DNA of 64,000 bases from Lytechinus pictus (lineage: Eukaryota): NCBI RefSeq assembly GCF_037042905.1, contig NC_087251.1:27468001-27532000 (forward strand). The letters run 5' to 3'. Both the position numbers and the translations under genes were made by a program. Every line of letters starts with the position of its first letter. Within the stretch, counting starts at the first letter, position 1. Positions 63,451 to 64,000 of the stretch are shown piece by piece. The notes beneath the pieces were generated by a model. That model was not told the DNA's origin. It saw only the letters and a list, made by a program, of their open reading frames with translations, and did no database searches.

Positions 63451-64000
63451 ATATTTGCTATATTAATTTGCATTGTTTCCTTCCTGTTCTCCCCATTCGC
63501 ATAACATGAAGAAGAAAGTGAACCCTCCATAATCATATTCTAGTAGACTTTCGCATGAATGGAAGGGTTCTCATGATCAAGTACACCTTTATCCTCTCTA
63601 AACAAATCCTTAAGAGCTCCAGAAGGTCACCTTGGTATAATGATGGAGAGCTCGATCAATAGGGATACCCTCTTATAGCCAAAAGAGATGGGGTCGTGCA
63701 CTTTTATCTTCCATTTTAATAAAGTCGTACTAGTCACATGGTAACGTCTTGTTCATTTTCACCTGGCCGGTAACCTTTGCTTTGAGACTTGAATCCAAGA
63801 CAGGGGTAATAACAGAACATTTTAGATAAGGGGTGGTCTTCATTTCTTCATGCAGGTGAAACTTCAAAAGGCCAACATAAATCGAAAAATCTACAATTAT
63901 CTGTTTCAATCGTTACACTCTATTCCAAAATCCTTATATACCCCTTTATTCAATTTTAGTTCCCTCTATATTTTTTATCCTAATCCCAATTTCAAGAAAG

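Noticed and set aside
63731..63810. tRNA/SINE-like A- and B-box look-alikes (tagtcacatgg ... acttgaatcc)
   Set aside because: Both boxes deviate from consensus and no cloverleaf can be drawn.

Overview
This is AT-rich, intron-containing eukaryotic genomic DNA, not prokaryotic. It is probably a sea urchin or another invertebrate deuterostome (inference from the two-FAS1 gene type, MITE families and long G/C homopolymers). Three spliced protein-coding genes can be built by hand with GT-AG junctions and consistent reading frame. (1) + strand, 5 exons, 1942-4969: secreted protein with two fasciclin (FAS1) domains, 349 aa. (2) + strand, 6 exons, 24884-45165: SLC16/monocarboxylate-transporter-family MFS protein, 657 aa, with a 14.5-kb first intron. 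(3) - strand, 4 exons, 55860-53434: C2orf73/CIMIP6-like ciliary microtubule inner protein, 294 aa. Most other ORFs in the track are antisense shadows, intron read-through or microsatellite artefacts. Non-coding DNA is packed with non-autonomous DNA transposons (TA, TTAA, 2-, 6- and 8-bp target duplications), a Helentron/DINE-1-like element with a nested MITE, palindromes and tandem repeats. The most notable observations are: a periodic array of PKA-type RRxS sites in the transporter loop, with several full CRE sites around the gene; a transposon-borne array of AGGTCA direct repeats upstream of that gene; a 1.66-kb element with a 6-bp target duplication and its own splice sites and poly(A) signal in the presumptive CIMIP6 3' UTR; and a 136-bp loopless nested palindrome in the transporter intron. 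I found no rRNA, tRNA, CRISPR array or intact transposase, and nothing I can call a proven new system.
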